Source: Vicugna vicugna
Lineage: Eukaryota
Direction of reading: 5' to 3'
Assembly: GCA_013265495.1 (NCBI GenBank)
Contig: MU059884.1
Span: forward strand, 1,434,072-1,498,071
DNA length: 64,000 nt
In this document: in pieces, positions 12,776-24,790 of the stretch
Numbering within the stretch: position 1 is the stretch's first letter
Layout: each line of letters begins with the position of its first letter
Translations under genes and position numbers: made by a program
The notes under the pieces: generated by a model
What the model saw: the letters and a program-made list of their open reading frames with translations, nothing else
Databases searched by the model: none
What the model was told of the DNA's origin: nothing

Positions 12776-13959
12776 ACTCTCTGGAAGGGAGGAAGGTGAG
12801 TTACTGACTTCTCACTGGCTGGAGCCCCTAGGATCCCAACATGTTGCACTGGGCAGTTTTTACAGGCTGTCTCGGAGAAATAGGAGTTGAAGAAGCTGCA
12901 TTCTAAAACCCAGAGCATCACCACCAAATACTTAAGGAGCACTGCACCAGGCTCTGTGCTGAAAACTCAGGGACTAAAGCATGTGTTCATAAGCTCTAAG
13001 GCTGTAGAAACTAGACAGGCCTGAGAGAGGAAGAAGGATCAGGGACGGATTCACAGACATGGTGGCATCTGACAGCCTTGCAAGGAGATCGGGATTTGGA
13101 GAGAAAGGAGAGGTACATAGGGAGGAACACATCACTGCTTCCTCTTAAAATAGAAAGAAGAGTGATCTGCCTTGAAGAAAGAACTTGATCCTCTGGCAAC
13201 TCACTCCTGCTGTTCAGACCCAGGGGCCAGGTCTAAACACACTTAGAGTAATCAGCACAGTCCAGAACCAGATCTCGGGAAGAATTTTTAAGAAGGCATT
13301 CCCAGAGTGACAGAAAAAAGTCTGGGGCTGGTGGCCATAATGAGAGGAGTTTTGCTAGTGCCAAGAACCCAAGGGGCAAGAGTGGGTGTGCACAGGTGCT
13401 CAGATCAAAAGAAGCTACTCCTCTGCCCCTTTCAATTTAGAGGATTATACAATAGAAGTGTATACATCTCTCCAGAGGTTCAGCTTTCACAGGATCCTTT
13501 AATTGTTCCAAATTGGCACTAAGTCCCATCTTATTTATTCATGTTTATTCTAGAGTTTCTCACACAACAACTCCTCGGAAGTCCCCAGGCAAACCTGGGG
13601 CTCTGTTCAAGATGAGTCACTCAGGAGCTCCAAGGAGTTGCCCTGGGCTGAGCCAGTCTTTTCCTCAGCAAGGGATGCTGAGAACAGGTGTAGGGTCTTT
13701 ATTCCTGAGTCAGGACGGCCTGGGAAACTTCAGGGGTCATGGAGGGAAGAGGGGCAGAAACACCTGATGAGGGTGCCTGGATCCTCAAAGGGTTGGCATT
13801 TTGGATGTGCTCATTAATAGTAATTGATGGATAAGACTGCTCAAGAATATTCTTAGGGAAATGGGATTGGCAATATCTTTGGCTTTTTATAGCAATGAAG
13901 AATTTTCAAAGACTAGATTTGCAGACTCTGTACTTCGTGCTTCCAAGGATATTGCCCAT

Positions 13960-14360
13960 TGTATCAGTCATGATGCAGGTGACAGAAACCCAACATGAAC
14001 TAGCTTTTTTTAAAATGAGGGAAAATTATTGGTTTGTCTAACTGAAAACACTTAAGGGAGTTCAGGCATGGCTGGATCAAGGGGCTCAAATAATCGTCAG
14101 GATTTGGTTTCTCTCCATGTCACCTCCACTTCCTTATGTGAGGGTTTCACTCTCAAGCAGTCTCCTACCACATAATGGACCCTCAGCAGCTCCAGGCTTA
14201 CACCTTCCCAGCTTCAAGTCCAGGAGAAAGAAATTCTTTTCAATAGCTCCAAGAAAGATCTGAGATTAAGTCTCTTCTCAGGCTGTTGGCTGATTTCCAA
14301 AAGCAAATATTTCAAAAAGTTACGAAGTGACACTTCCACTATAGTCATGGTCCTGCCTAG
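13960..14360 (-). mobile_element. MLT1K/L-like MaLR LTR
   Basis: tgtatcagtca...gacagaaacccaacatgaactagc...ttcaggcatggctggatcaaggggctcaaa. Confidence 0.75.
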
Positions 14361-15189
14361 AAACAGACCCCAATTCTCCAGGGGAGAAATGTCAAAGTTA
14401 CATTATAAGAAGAGCATGTGGGCTGGGATAGCATGTTGAGCCATCCCCAGAAAATATGGTCTGCAGGTGACTAGTAAGCACACTGGAGATTGAGAGGCCA
14501 GGCACAACACCAATTTTAGGCTCACTACTTATTTAATATCTTGCTTTCCAAAGTTCCTAGTGTATACCTCTACCAAAGAATCAATACACCATTTATACTG
14601 CATACATGGTAAGAAAACAGAATATTTTCTAAGTAATGTCCTATTTTCACTCATCTGGTCAATCAGTAAATAGTCATAGAGTCTCTTCTATGGACAAGGC
14701 ATGGTCACAGGTGCCAGGAACAGAGTGGTAAATAGGACGGATTGGGCCCTGGTTTTGTGAGGCACCCCCTTTTTCTTAACGTGTCAAGGATCTACAGCCT
14801 CTTCATGGCCATCCCAAAGGGTCCTGGAGGTCTCCCAATTTGGACCCTTGGAATTCTCCAATGAATTTGAGACAAGGCTCTGTCTTCCTAAAACCTCAAA
14901 TTCTTTGCAGGACTAGCCTCCATCCTCACAGAGGATTTTGGTCAAAAAAGGACCCAAATATCTGTCATCACATGATGAAGACATTTGAGGGGAAGTCACA
15001 GAGAGAAGCCAATCCTGATGTGAGGTTGCAGTGGAGGTCTTTCCTGTCGTCTGTGATCCACTAAACAGTGACAGACACCACATCCCCACCAACGCCACCA
15101 CTGCCCTCATGTTCTTACCCTTGGGGCTGCTTGCCCTTGGGGAAAGGCAGGCACCTGAAGACAGCGACTAGGTTAGGACTCATCCATTT

Positions 15190-15700
15190 AAATGTGATCA
15201 ACCCAGCACAAAATAGCATAAGAAAGAAATGTATTTGTTTTCACAACTTAAAGGTCCATGGGCCACCTGGAGTCAGGAATGCTGGATCCTGGAACTCAAA
15301 CACTGTCTCACCTTCAGATCTCTCTCTCTCCCTCTCTCTCTTTCTCTCCCTCTCTCTCTCTCTCCCCCTCCCTCTCCATCCAACCATCTCAATCACTCTC
15401 CAACTCTCGAATTTACTTCCATTTGCACATTAGCCTTCTTCCCTCATCCTGAACATGGCTTCCTCCATGGTCAGGAAAAATGGCCCTAAGAAGCGTCAAG
15501 TTCATTGTCTTAAGTTCACTGTCTTTACTGTTCCTCAACCCAGAGGAATAGAGACCCTCTCTTTCTCCAGATCCATACTTGAGCCCAGTGAGAACTCTGA
15601 TTGGCCCTGTTTGGGGCTTAGGCCCCCTCCTGGACTCATCTCAAGGCCCATGGAAGCTAGAAAACTCCAACTGGCCAGCCTGGGGAAGAACAGAACCATG
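15190..15700 (-). mobile_element. MLT1K/L-like MaLR LTR with an internal (TC)n tract
   Basis: aacccagcacaaaatagcataag...gctggatcctggaactcaaacactgtc; TC-rich tract ~15318-15377. Confidence 0.65.
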
Positions 15701-16139
15701 ACTGGAGCAGGGGAGGGGTGACTTTACCAAAGGGAAACTGTTATCGAAAGAAGAGAAAAGGAATGCTGTTCTGACAAAAATAACTAGAATCCTCCACATT
15801 GCCCAACAGCTACCTACCCCTGGGCCAGAAGACAAGAACACAAGGGCTAAGTGTATGTCCTCCCTGAGCCCAAGATTTCATTGCAAATGATAGTTCCATG
15901 ACTCAGCTCCTCCTATACCTCTTCCCAGTGCCTACATCCTACCCAGCTTGCACGCCTTAATCCAAATACCACCACCTCTGTGAGGCCTCGCCTGAACTCC
16001 CCCAGATCAAGAGTGGTCACCCTACCCACAATTATCAAGCACTTACTATGTATGTGCCAACTACTGTGCTAAGCACTTTGCTTACTTTAGCTCACCTCAT
16101 CTTCACACCTCCATGAGATAAGCACTATTACTGCCCCCA

Positions 16140-16545
16140 TGTTAGTTNNNNNNNNNNNNNNNNNNNNNNNNNNNNNNNNNNNNNNNNNNNNNNNNNNNNN
16201 NNNNNNNNNNNNNNNNNNNNNNNNNNNNNNNNNNNNNNNNNNNNNNNNNNNNNNNNNNNNNNNNNNNNNNNNNNNNNNNNTGACTCTCCCCAAACTTCTG
16301 GTAGCCACGGTATTCCTTGGCTTGTAGATGGCATTCTCCTCATGTCTCCACATTGCCTCCCATCTGTACGTGTCTGCCTCTGTGTCCCAATCGTCCCCTT
16401 TCACAAGGACACCGGTCATGTTGGATTAGGACCCACCCTAAAAACTTGATCACCAGCAAAGACTTTATTTTCAAATAAGGTCACATTCACAGGTACTAGG
16501 GGGCTAGGGCTTCAACATCTTTTGGGACATAATTCAACCCATAAA
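16140..16545 (-). mobile_element. MLT1A/B/C-type LTR inserted into a MIR (contains N gap)
   Basis: ggtcatgttggattaggacccacc...aaataaggtcacattcacaggtact...ataattcaacccataaaa; MIR pieces flank it at ~16030-16140 and ~16545-16650. Confidence 0.8.
16148..16280. other. Assembly gap (133 N)
   Basis: N run. Confidence 1.
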
Positions 16546-16699
16546 ATACCTCCCTTTTTTCCTATGAGGAAACTGAGTCTTAGAGGATTATGTAATGCCA
16601 GAGTCGCACAACCCACAAGCAGCCTAGGTGCTGAGGTCAAGGATCTTAACTTCACTCTGTCCCTCTTCTCGTCCTCGTCCAGAAACCGCATCCCTCTTC

Positions 16700-16870
16700 A
16701 GGACACTCAACACTGTTTACCTTGTGACCACTATTCTCGGGATTTATGTGTAATTCTGCACCACCCTTCTAGACTCTAAGCTCCTTAAAAACAGGGGTTT
16801 AACATATTTGTTTCTATTTTCCCAACCCACCTAGCAAGGATTCAATTAATATTGCTCAGATGAATACAGA
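16700..16870 (+). mobile_element. L2 3' end
   Basis: ctagactctaagctcctt...caattaatattgctcagatgaat. Confidence 0.65.
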
Positions 16871-16974
16871 TGACACCAAGGTCAGGGGCAAAAGCTGACT
16901 GCTGTTCTTCATAGATCATTTCATGTATGAGCCAGAGTTCTTTTTTTTTTTTTAAGCCTTTTCATTGCCCCTCT

Positions 16975-17160
16975 GGCTTAATTCATTTATTCTTTCAACA
17001 AATATTTAATAAGCCCCTCCTATGTGTTTGGCACAGTGCTAGGCACTGAGCAAACAGATAAATCAGACAGAGTCCACACCCTCTTAGAGCTTAGAACCAG
17101 GTGGACAAGACAGATAAGTCGATAAATCGTTCTAATACAATGCCTTGAAGTAGAGATTGT
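16975..17160 (-). mobile_element. L2 3' end
   Basis: ttcatttattctttcaacaaatatttaataagcccctcctatgtgtttggcacagtgctaggcactg. Confidence 0.8.
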
Positions 17161-17424
17161 CTTGGTGTTAGTTCTTAGAAAAGCAATGAAGGCGGGCAAG
17201 CTGGGACTTGCACAACTTCTAAGAAGTTGGAGAAGGGACCCTAAAAACCAGAGACTACCTTAAAATATTGAATTTTAATATAAGAGAACACCAGCAAATA
17301 ATCACCGCCCTTCCCCACCCCACTGCACCTGACAGCCAGACTGAATGGACGATGTATGAGAAAACTCTGCCCTGAAGTTAGCTTTGGTCTAAGCCAGTGA
17401 AGCCACAGAAAAACCTCACATGGG

Positions 17425-17845
17425 TTCCAAATCCAGGCAAACCTGGGTTTAAATCCAGGCTCTGCTACTTATTAGCTGCACACAATTAGGTGAAACCTCT
17501 TAACTTCTAGGTCTTAGTTTTCTTGTCTATAAAGTGGGATAATAATAACAAACCGGCTGGGTTGTTGTGTGGATTAAGTGAAACAAACATGCAAAGCACA
17601 TCCTGTAGTAGCTGAGGCTCCATGAAAGTAATGGCAGTGGGTTCTGGACACACCAGGCCCGGGTTTGAATTCCAGCTCTGCTCTAAGGCCACCCTGGGAC
17701 GCTAGTAGACCTCACTAAATTTCAGTTTCCGCCCCTATAAAACAGGGGAAATTGTCATCTACTTCCTAGAGTTGCTGTGATGATTCATGAGACAGGCTTC
17801 TAAAGGGACTGGCTTAGCACCGTCCCTGACAGGTAAGCGTGAGTA
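17425..17845 (+). mobile_element. Two adjacent MIR SINEs
   Basis: ctgggtttaaatccaggctctgctacttattagctg... and gggtttgaattccagctctgc...cagtttccgcccctataaaacagggg. Confidence 0.75.
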
Positions 17846-17969
17846 GCCGTTCTGCTACCCCGTCCACATGGCCCTTGGTCTCCCTATTACCCTATTACCC
17901 TCTGCTCTTTCTCCATCTTCTTGTCTGTGGCTCCTAAAAAAGCCTCCTTTTTTTTTTGTATACTGCCAT

Positions 17970-18150
17970 TTATTTCTTTTTTTTGGAAGTATATTCAGTT
18001 TATAATGTTGTGTTAATTCCTGGTATACAGCACAGTGATTCAGTTATACATATATTTATGTTCCTTTTCATACTTTTTTCATTATAGGCTATTACAAGGT
18101 ATTGAATATAGTTCCCTGTGTTATACAGTAGGACCTTGTTGTTTATCTAA
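17970..18150 (-). mobile_element. Cetartiodactyl-type L1 3' end
   Basis: poly-T then gaagtata...tataatgttgtgttaattcctggtatacagcacagtgattcag...gaatatagttccctgtgttatacagtaggacc. Confidence 0.85.
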
Positions 18151-18510
18151 TTTTTTAACATACCAAACATAAAATTTCCCACTGTAACCATTTTTAGTTA
18201 TACAATTCAGTGGCGTTAAGCCTACTCACATTGTTGTACAACCATCACCATCATCCATCTCCAGAAGTTTTCATCTTCCCAAACAGAAAATATGCACCTA
18301 TTAAATAAGAATTCCTCATTCCACCTCTCCCTATCAGCCCTGACAACCACTGTTCTATTTTCTGTTTCTATGAATTTGACTATTTTAGGTACCTCACGTA
18401 AGCGGAATTCTATAGTATTTGTCCTGGCTTATTTCATTCAATGTCCTCAAGGTTCATCCTCATGTTTAATGGTTGTAGCATGCGTCCAAATTTCACTCTC
18501 TGTTTTCTTT
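18150..18510 (-). mobile_element. L1MB-type 3' end
   Basis: caattcagtggcgttaag...ttgtacaaccatcaccatcatccatctccagaag...tctatgaatttgactattttaggtacctca. Confidence 0.85.
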
Positions 18511-19602
18511 TTAAGTTCAAGTTCATCTCTTGTTCCCCCATCCAATTTAGGTCACCTTCCCCTCAATGTGGAGACATGATAATACACAACACAGTGACTA
18601 CATTTTTTAAAAGGAACATAAAACATTTTTTTTCCTGATTACAAATGTAATGCATATTCTTTCCTATGGGACATCTGGTGATGGCTTCAAATTCTGAAGT
18701 CCATCTTGTCACCCACTGCCCTTTTGAGGAGGGAGATGTTTCATGCAGAAAATGGTTTTAAGTTGTGCATTCCACTGGGTGGGGCAGAGCTGAAGCAACA
18801 GGCAGTCTCTAATCAACATTTATTCCAATCAACACCATCCCATAGCCGTAAATCTATGTTCATCCCTTAGTCACTTAGTTTTCTCTGAATCCAAAGTTGA
18901 AAGTCTTTCCCACTCTTCTCAATTGGGTCGTAAATCTTTCCTTAATCCTATTCATTCAAAAGAAAGGTGTTGTGGGTTTTGAAGCCGCTCCCTCATGCTA
19001 ATAAGTTTGGCCTGATCTGTTCCCCACCAACCCCAACCCCAACCCCAGAGACTCCTGCCAGGCACCGGTTCCCTGGCTTGGCTTTGGGAAGCTCACTCTA
19101 GGCAGTGGAGAGGTGCCTGATCCTGCCCAGCCCCAGTTGCTACCATCAAAAAGATCTGCAGTGATGCTTGTAACAGTGGAAAACTGGAAAAAAAACAAAA
19201 CATCAAACAAGATACTAGTTAAATTATAGCACATGCATAAGACAGAATAGGATGGAAGTCATTAAAATAATGCTAAAACAAAAACAAGACATGCAAAAGA
19301 TTCAAGTTTAATTAGGCCCCATTTGTCTATTTTTGCTTTTGTTCCTTCTGCCTTAGGAGACAAATGGAAAAAAAAAACCATTGCTACAATTTATGTCAGA
19401 GTATTCTGCCTATGTTCTCTTCTAGGAGTTTATGGTTTCAGGTCTTAGGTCTTTAATCCATTTTGAGTTTATTTTTGTATATATTGTGAAAAAATGTTCT
19501 AATTTCATTGTTTTACATGTAGCTGTCCCAGTTTTCTGAGCACCACTTATTGAAAGATTTTTTTTCTCCATTGTATGTTCTTGCCCCTTTGTCACAGATT
19601 AA

Positions 19603-19859
19603 NNNNNNNNNNNNNNNNNNNNNNNNNNNNNNNNNNNNNNNNNNNNNNNNNNNNNNNNNNNNNNNNNNNNNNNNNNNNNNNNNNNNNNNNNNNNNNNNNN
19701 NNNNNNNNNNNNNNNNNNNNNNNNNNNNNNNNNNNNNNNNNNNNNNNNNNNNNNNNNNNNNNNNNNNNNNNNNNNNNNNNNNNNNNNNNNNNNNNNNNNN
19801 NNNNNNNNNNNNNNNNNNNNNNNNNNNNNNNNNNNNNNNNNNNNNNNNNNNNNNNNNNN
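19603..19859. other. Assembly gap (257 N) inside an L1
   Basis: N run. Confidence 1.
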
Positions 19860-20367
19860 ACATTGTATTAAAACTGTAGATTTCTTTGAGTGGTATGGAT
19901 ATTTTAATAATATTAATTCTTCCAATCCATGAACTTGTACATCTTTCTATTTCTTTGAATCATCTTCAGTTTCCTTCACCAATATTTTATAGTTCTTTCA
20001 TTTCCTTGGTTAAGTTTATTCCTTAAACTTAGGTCTTTCATTTCCTTGGTTAAGTTTATTCCTAGGTATTTTATGCTTTCTGATGTGATTTTAAATAGAA
20101 TTGCCTTGCTTTCTCTTTCTGATAATTCATTATTAGTGTATAGAAAAGCAATAGATGTCTGTATATTAATCTTGTACACTGTTTATGGGAATGTAAATTG
20201 GTACATTCACTATGGAAAACAGTATTGAAGTTCCTCAAAAAGCTAAAAACAGAACTACCATATGATGTGGCAATTCCACTTGTGGAAATATAATTTGAAG
20301 AAAATGAAAACACTAACTCAAAAAAATACATGCACCCCAATATTCATAGGAGCATTACTTGTAATAG

Positions 20368-20552
20368 NNNNNNNNNNNNNNNNNNNNNNNNNNNNNNNNN
20401 NNNNNNNNNNNNNNNNNNNNNNNNNNNNNNNNNNNNNNNNNNNNNNNNNNNNNNNNNNNNNNNNNNNNNNNNNNNNNNNNNNNNNNNNNNNNNNNNNNNN
20501 NNNNNNNNNNNNNNNNNNNNNNNNNNNNNNNNNNNNNNNNNNNNNNNNNNNN
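20368..20552. other. Assembly gap (185 N) inside an L1
   Basis: N run. Confidence 1.
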
Positions 20553-20920
20553 TCTATATTATCACCTATATGTGAACAAACAAATGTATATAACAAAACA
20601 GAAATAGACTTGCAGAAGCAGAGAGCAAACTAGTGGTTACCAGTGGGGAGAGAGGAGGAGGGAAGAACAAGATAGGAGTAAGGAATTAAGAAATACAAAC
20701 TACTATGTATAAAATAAATACAAAGCAAGGATATATTGTACAGCACAGGGAAAACAGCCATTATTTTATAATAACTTTAAGTTATTTATATATATAAATT
20801 TATATATAATTTATAAAAATATTGAATCACTATGTTGTACACCTGAAATGAACATAATATTATAAATTAAAGGTCAATTAAAAAAGAACAATAAAACAAG
20901 GAAAGATGTTCAGAATAATC

Positions 20921-20922
<2 letters not shown>

Positions 20923-20955
<33 letters not shown>
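20923..20955. repeat. (TG)16 microsatellite
   Basis: Perfect TG run read directly. Confidence 0.95.
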
Positions 20956-20957
<2 letters not shown>

Positions 20958-21049
20958 GTCCATGTCCCTTAACTGTAGAATTACTTAACTATGGAATTAA
21001 GACTTCTCTTCTTTTTGGACTTGCCTACATTTTCTGCAAATAATTACTT

Positions 21050-21490
21050 TGTGTATTTAATTTCATAACAAATAACCACAACTTCACAGCTTACAACAAC
21101 AGAAATCTATCCACTCACAGTTCTGGGGGCAAAAGTCTGAAATCAGGTGTTGACAGGGCCATGCTCCTTCCAAAGGCTCCCTGGAAGGGAGGCCTCTTCC
21201 AGCTTCAGGTGGCTATCAACATTCCTTGGCTTGAGTCCACATCACCCCAATCCCGCCTCCATCTCCTTGCCTTCTCCTCTTCTGTGTGTCTATCCTCTGA
21301 GTGTCCATCCCTAAAAGCCCTCTGCCGCTTACATTTAGGACACAATCAGATAATCCAGGATAAACTTTTTCTCTCCAGATTCTTAACTTAATCACATTTT
21401 AGTCACTCTTAACCATATAATGTAACAGTCACAGCTTCCAGGGATTAGGACGTGGACATATTTTAGGGGAGCTACCTTCAGCCCATTACA
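21050..21490 (-). mobile_element. MLT1C/D MaLR LTR
   Basis: cacagttctgggggcaaaagtctgaaatc...ataatccaggataa...gattcttaacttaatcacat...gggattaggacgtggacat...cccattaca. Confidence 0.9.
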
Positions 21491-22699
21491 CCTTATAATC
21501 AACAAAAAGAAATCTTTTGTTTTCCTTTTGGGTACTCACTACTTTGTGCCTTGCTTTAGCCCAGAGCCCAGTGCCTAACTCATGATAGACGTGAAGTAAA
21601 TATTTGTTGAAGGGACGAATAAACTGCCCAGAGTAGACACTGTGTTCAGGATGGGAGATTATGGATTACTACTTTCCTTTCTATTTTTCTTTGTTATTTT
21701 TTTCTTACTATAATTTTCAGATGCCATTAAAAGTTATTTCCTTTTTTTTTTTTTTACCTATATTCAAAAAGTTGTCTCTCTAAAGCTAGGAAGCTAAAAA
21801 CTTCCAAAAGCTCCATATTGTAGTACAGAAGTGGGAAGTCAAGCTTTCTTGGCTTGGGCTCCATCCTAAGAAGCTAAGTGAAGAGCCCCACCCCTTGAGG
21901 CCCCTCCTACAGCAGTTTCTCTTCTGCAGCCACCCCACAGCAACACAGAGCTGGAGACCGATATGTTAAGAAAGGTTCCCTTCTGTCATTTTGCCGTTCT
22001 CCCCCCGGCACAGGAAACACTGATGAGATCCACATCATGAATATAGTACCTGGTCTTCTTCCTGAGAATTCCTTCAGTTCTACGCATCACTTAACCCCAT
22101 TTGAGCAATAACACTGAACATCTGCAAGGTCTAGCTCAGGAAGAATAAACAGATGTGCCTGTGCTCACACACACACGGAAAACATGCTAAGAGATCGTGT
22201 CACTCTTTACACACAGCATCGGGATCCTTCTAAACACAACTCCTCAGGCAGTCAGAGCCATCAGTCCAATTTGGCATAAATGCCATTTTTCAATCCTCAT
22301 CCAGCCTGTGCTGGAGAATGTATCTTTATCATCAACAAACACTTGCTGAGCTCCTACTGTGCACAAAGGCTCACAGTCTAGGTGTGGGTTCAGGAAAGTT
22401 AACAAAAAAGAGATACAAGGCAATGCCAGGGAGCCTGTGCTAATGGCCAAACACGTGACAGATCAACTTGTTGGAAGAGTTTAGATGTTGGTGGAGACGT
22501 GTGAAGACTCCAAGAAGGCTGCTGGAGGAAATCAGGCTGTAGGCAACCGCTGAAGGAAACACTGGATCTAGATAAGCGGGCAAACACGGAGAGAAAAATC
22601 TCAACTTGAAGAGGAATGTGACCCAGACTTTGGAGACAGACAGGAATGCACGGGATGTTTTGGGGGAATGGAGAGCAAACCAGTTTAGCTAATACCAAT

Positions 22700-22918
22700 G
22701 CCATTCAGGTGACATTCAGCTCAAATGTCACCTTCTTGGAGAGGCCTTCCCTGACCAGTCCAGCAAAAACGGGTTTTTCTTCATGGCCATCCAGTCTGTG
22801 AGCTCCCCAGGACAGGGATCTTGTTTGGTTTGTTCACATCCATGCTTCCAGCATCTGGAAGAGAGCCTGGCACATAGTAGGTGCTCAGAAAAAATGTACT
22901 GGATAAATGAATGAGCCA
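22700..22918 (+). mobile_element. L2 3' end
   Basis: cagctcaaatgtcaccttcttggagaggccttccctgacc...gagcctggcacatagtaggtgctcag...ataaatgaatg. Confidence 0.85.
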
Positions 22919-23528
22919 AGGGTTCCTGTAGGGGAACTTGGAAGCACTCAATATGGAGAGACAGACGGGCTCAATTATTATTGCCTTTGAACATCAAACT
23001 AAGGACTTTGGCCCAAGGAAAAGCGTTGCAAAGTGCTTCCCATCCCTTCCATCAAATGTAGTTAAGTAGCTCAGGATCAGGAATTCTAGATTCAGTGCAT
23101 CTTGGGATCACTGGGCTATGCAAAGTTTAGCAAGTTTGTTTTCTGTAGTTCTTTCACCTGCACCGTATCACTGTGGATATTCAAATGCTCCCCCAGTATT
23201 AACCCATATCCCTTTTTTCTTTTTTTCTTTAAGTGAATCATACTGAATTCAACGTTGCCTTCAAGACAGTTTGAGAAATGAAGCCGCAGAAGCTTTAGAG
23301 ATGCTGGAGTGGGAGGTTTATGCATAGGCAACGGAATTCTTAGGAGGACCGATCCTAAAATTAGAAGGACGGATTAGAAGAGGAGGGAGACTTAAAACTC
23401 GGAGCCTAGTTTGGGGATTATAGCAGGAGTCATTCCCTCAATTACATGCCACACATGTGATGCGCCAGACGTTACTCTAGACAATGGGGATAAAGCAATA
23501 AACACAACAAAGTGTACCCCACATGGAC

Positions 23529-23661
23529 AGGGCAACCATAATGTCCTGGTTTGTCCTGGCCAGGCCTAATTTTTGTCTGTTGTCCTCACACAGTTATTAA
23601 ATAGTGCCATATTTACTCTCAAAATTGTCCTGGTTTAGATAGTAAATTAAACGGTCACCCA
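23529..23661. mobile_element. MER94 (hAT-Blackjack)
   Basis: agggcaaccataatgtcctggtttg...ttattaaatagtgcc...actctcaaaattgtcctggtttag...acggtcaccc with terminal inverted repeats. Confidence 0.85.
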
Positions 23662-23999
23662 ATTCATGGAATGAGAAGAGATCATGAGGCTAGCCCACAG
23701 GGCACCTTTGGGTTACTAGACACAGGGTCCCCAGCTGAGTAGACACAGCCCATAGGAGCACACTTGGTCGAGCAGCTAACCCCTTAGTGCAAATCGAATA
23801 AAGGCATCTTTATGGGAAGATGTTGGCCCTTCCAGGACACTCAGCTTAGAAGACAGAGCTCAGGCTGGATGTCTTGACACCTCTTCCTTACTGCACGCAG
23901 GGATCTGCAAGCTAGGTATGGATTCAGGAATGATTTTTTTAAAAGGACACAAGGAAATGCCTGGCCCAGCCCTCCTGTGCATTAAGCAACTGGCACAAC

Positions 24000-24420
24000 C
24001 ACTAGTTGATGTCCTGGAGATAATAAGCAAATAAATATGTAAGTATATACAACGTTAAGTAGTGGAATGTGCTGTGAAGAAAACCAACCTGAAGGAAGGG
24101 AACTGAGTGAGGGGCAGCCATACTGCATACTCCAGCAGGCACCACTGGTGGTGTGGTCTATGGAAGGGGCGCCCCCTGGGGTTGAGCAACATGGCCACCT
24201 GACAGGAGGTGCTATTTTAGAAAAAGTGGTCGGGAAAGGCCTCTCTGTGGAGGTGGTGTATCATCTGACACTGACTAAGGAAAGGGGTAGACAGGAGAGA
24301 AACATCACGGTGGGGGTGGGGGGGGCATACGACCTGGTGGCCGGCTTTGGGCGAGGACTTTGAGGGGTGAGTGTTAAAGCTGACATCAGGCTTTCATGCC
24401 TGAGGAACTAAGAAAATGAT
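24000..24420 (-). mobile_element. L2 fragment
   Basis: tgtgctgtgaagaaaaccaac...gtggtcgggaaaggcctctctgtggaggtgg. Confidence 0.65.
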
Positions 24421-24524
24421 GGCACCACTCAATTCTGCCCAATTCGCTCAGCCTGCCAGAGTGGGTGGTGCAGGGAACACACCACCGAAACAGGCAACTT
24501 CTCTTGGGGAGTTGACCTTCACCA

Positions 24525-24790
24525 TCAGGATTTCCCAACCTGTCTGGTGGAACTCTAGCTTGGTGGTATGTTAATTGGTGTTCCTAGAAAAAGTTGCTCA
24601 AAACAGATTGGGAAATGCTGGGTTAAGCAAAATTAAACAGCTTTCTTTACTAGAAGACTTCTCGGAGCTTTTAGTAGGCTAACATGCTCTGTGAATCCCT
24701 AGCAGGGACTACAGATGGAAGCCTGTCCTAAATTAGCTGCCCAAAGACATTTTTTTCACACAGTAATTCAGGAGACTAGTGTTCCCCACT
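24525..24790. mobile_element. hAT-Charlie family MER element
   Basis: caggatttcccaacctg...agaagacttctcggagctttt...gctaacatgctctgtgaatccc. Confidence 0.6.

Larger units (their letters stand above)
19301..20900 (+). mobile_element. 5'-inverted (twin-primed) L1: ORF2 segment on the minus strand 19301-20176, then ORF2 end, 3' UTR and A-tail on the plus strand
   Basis: Minus strand encodes [16 protein letters not shown] and AKIDKWGLIKL; plus strand gives the ORF2 C-terminal/3' UTR sequence and an A-rich tail. Confidence 0.88.

Noticed and set aside
19513-20633. Long ORFs filled with X
   Set aside because: Artefacts of translating through N gaps within an L1
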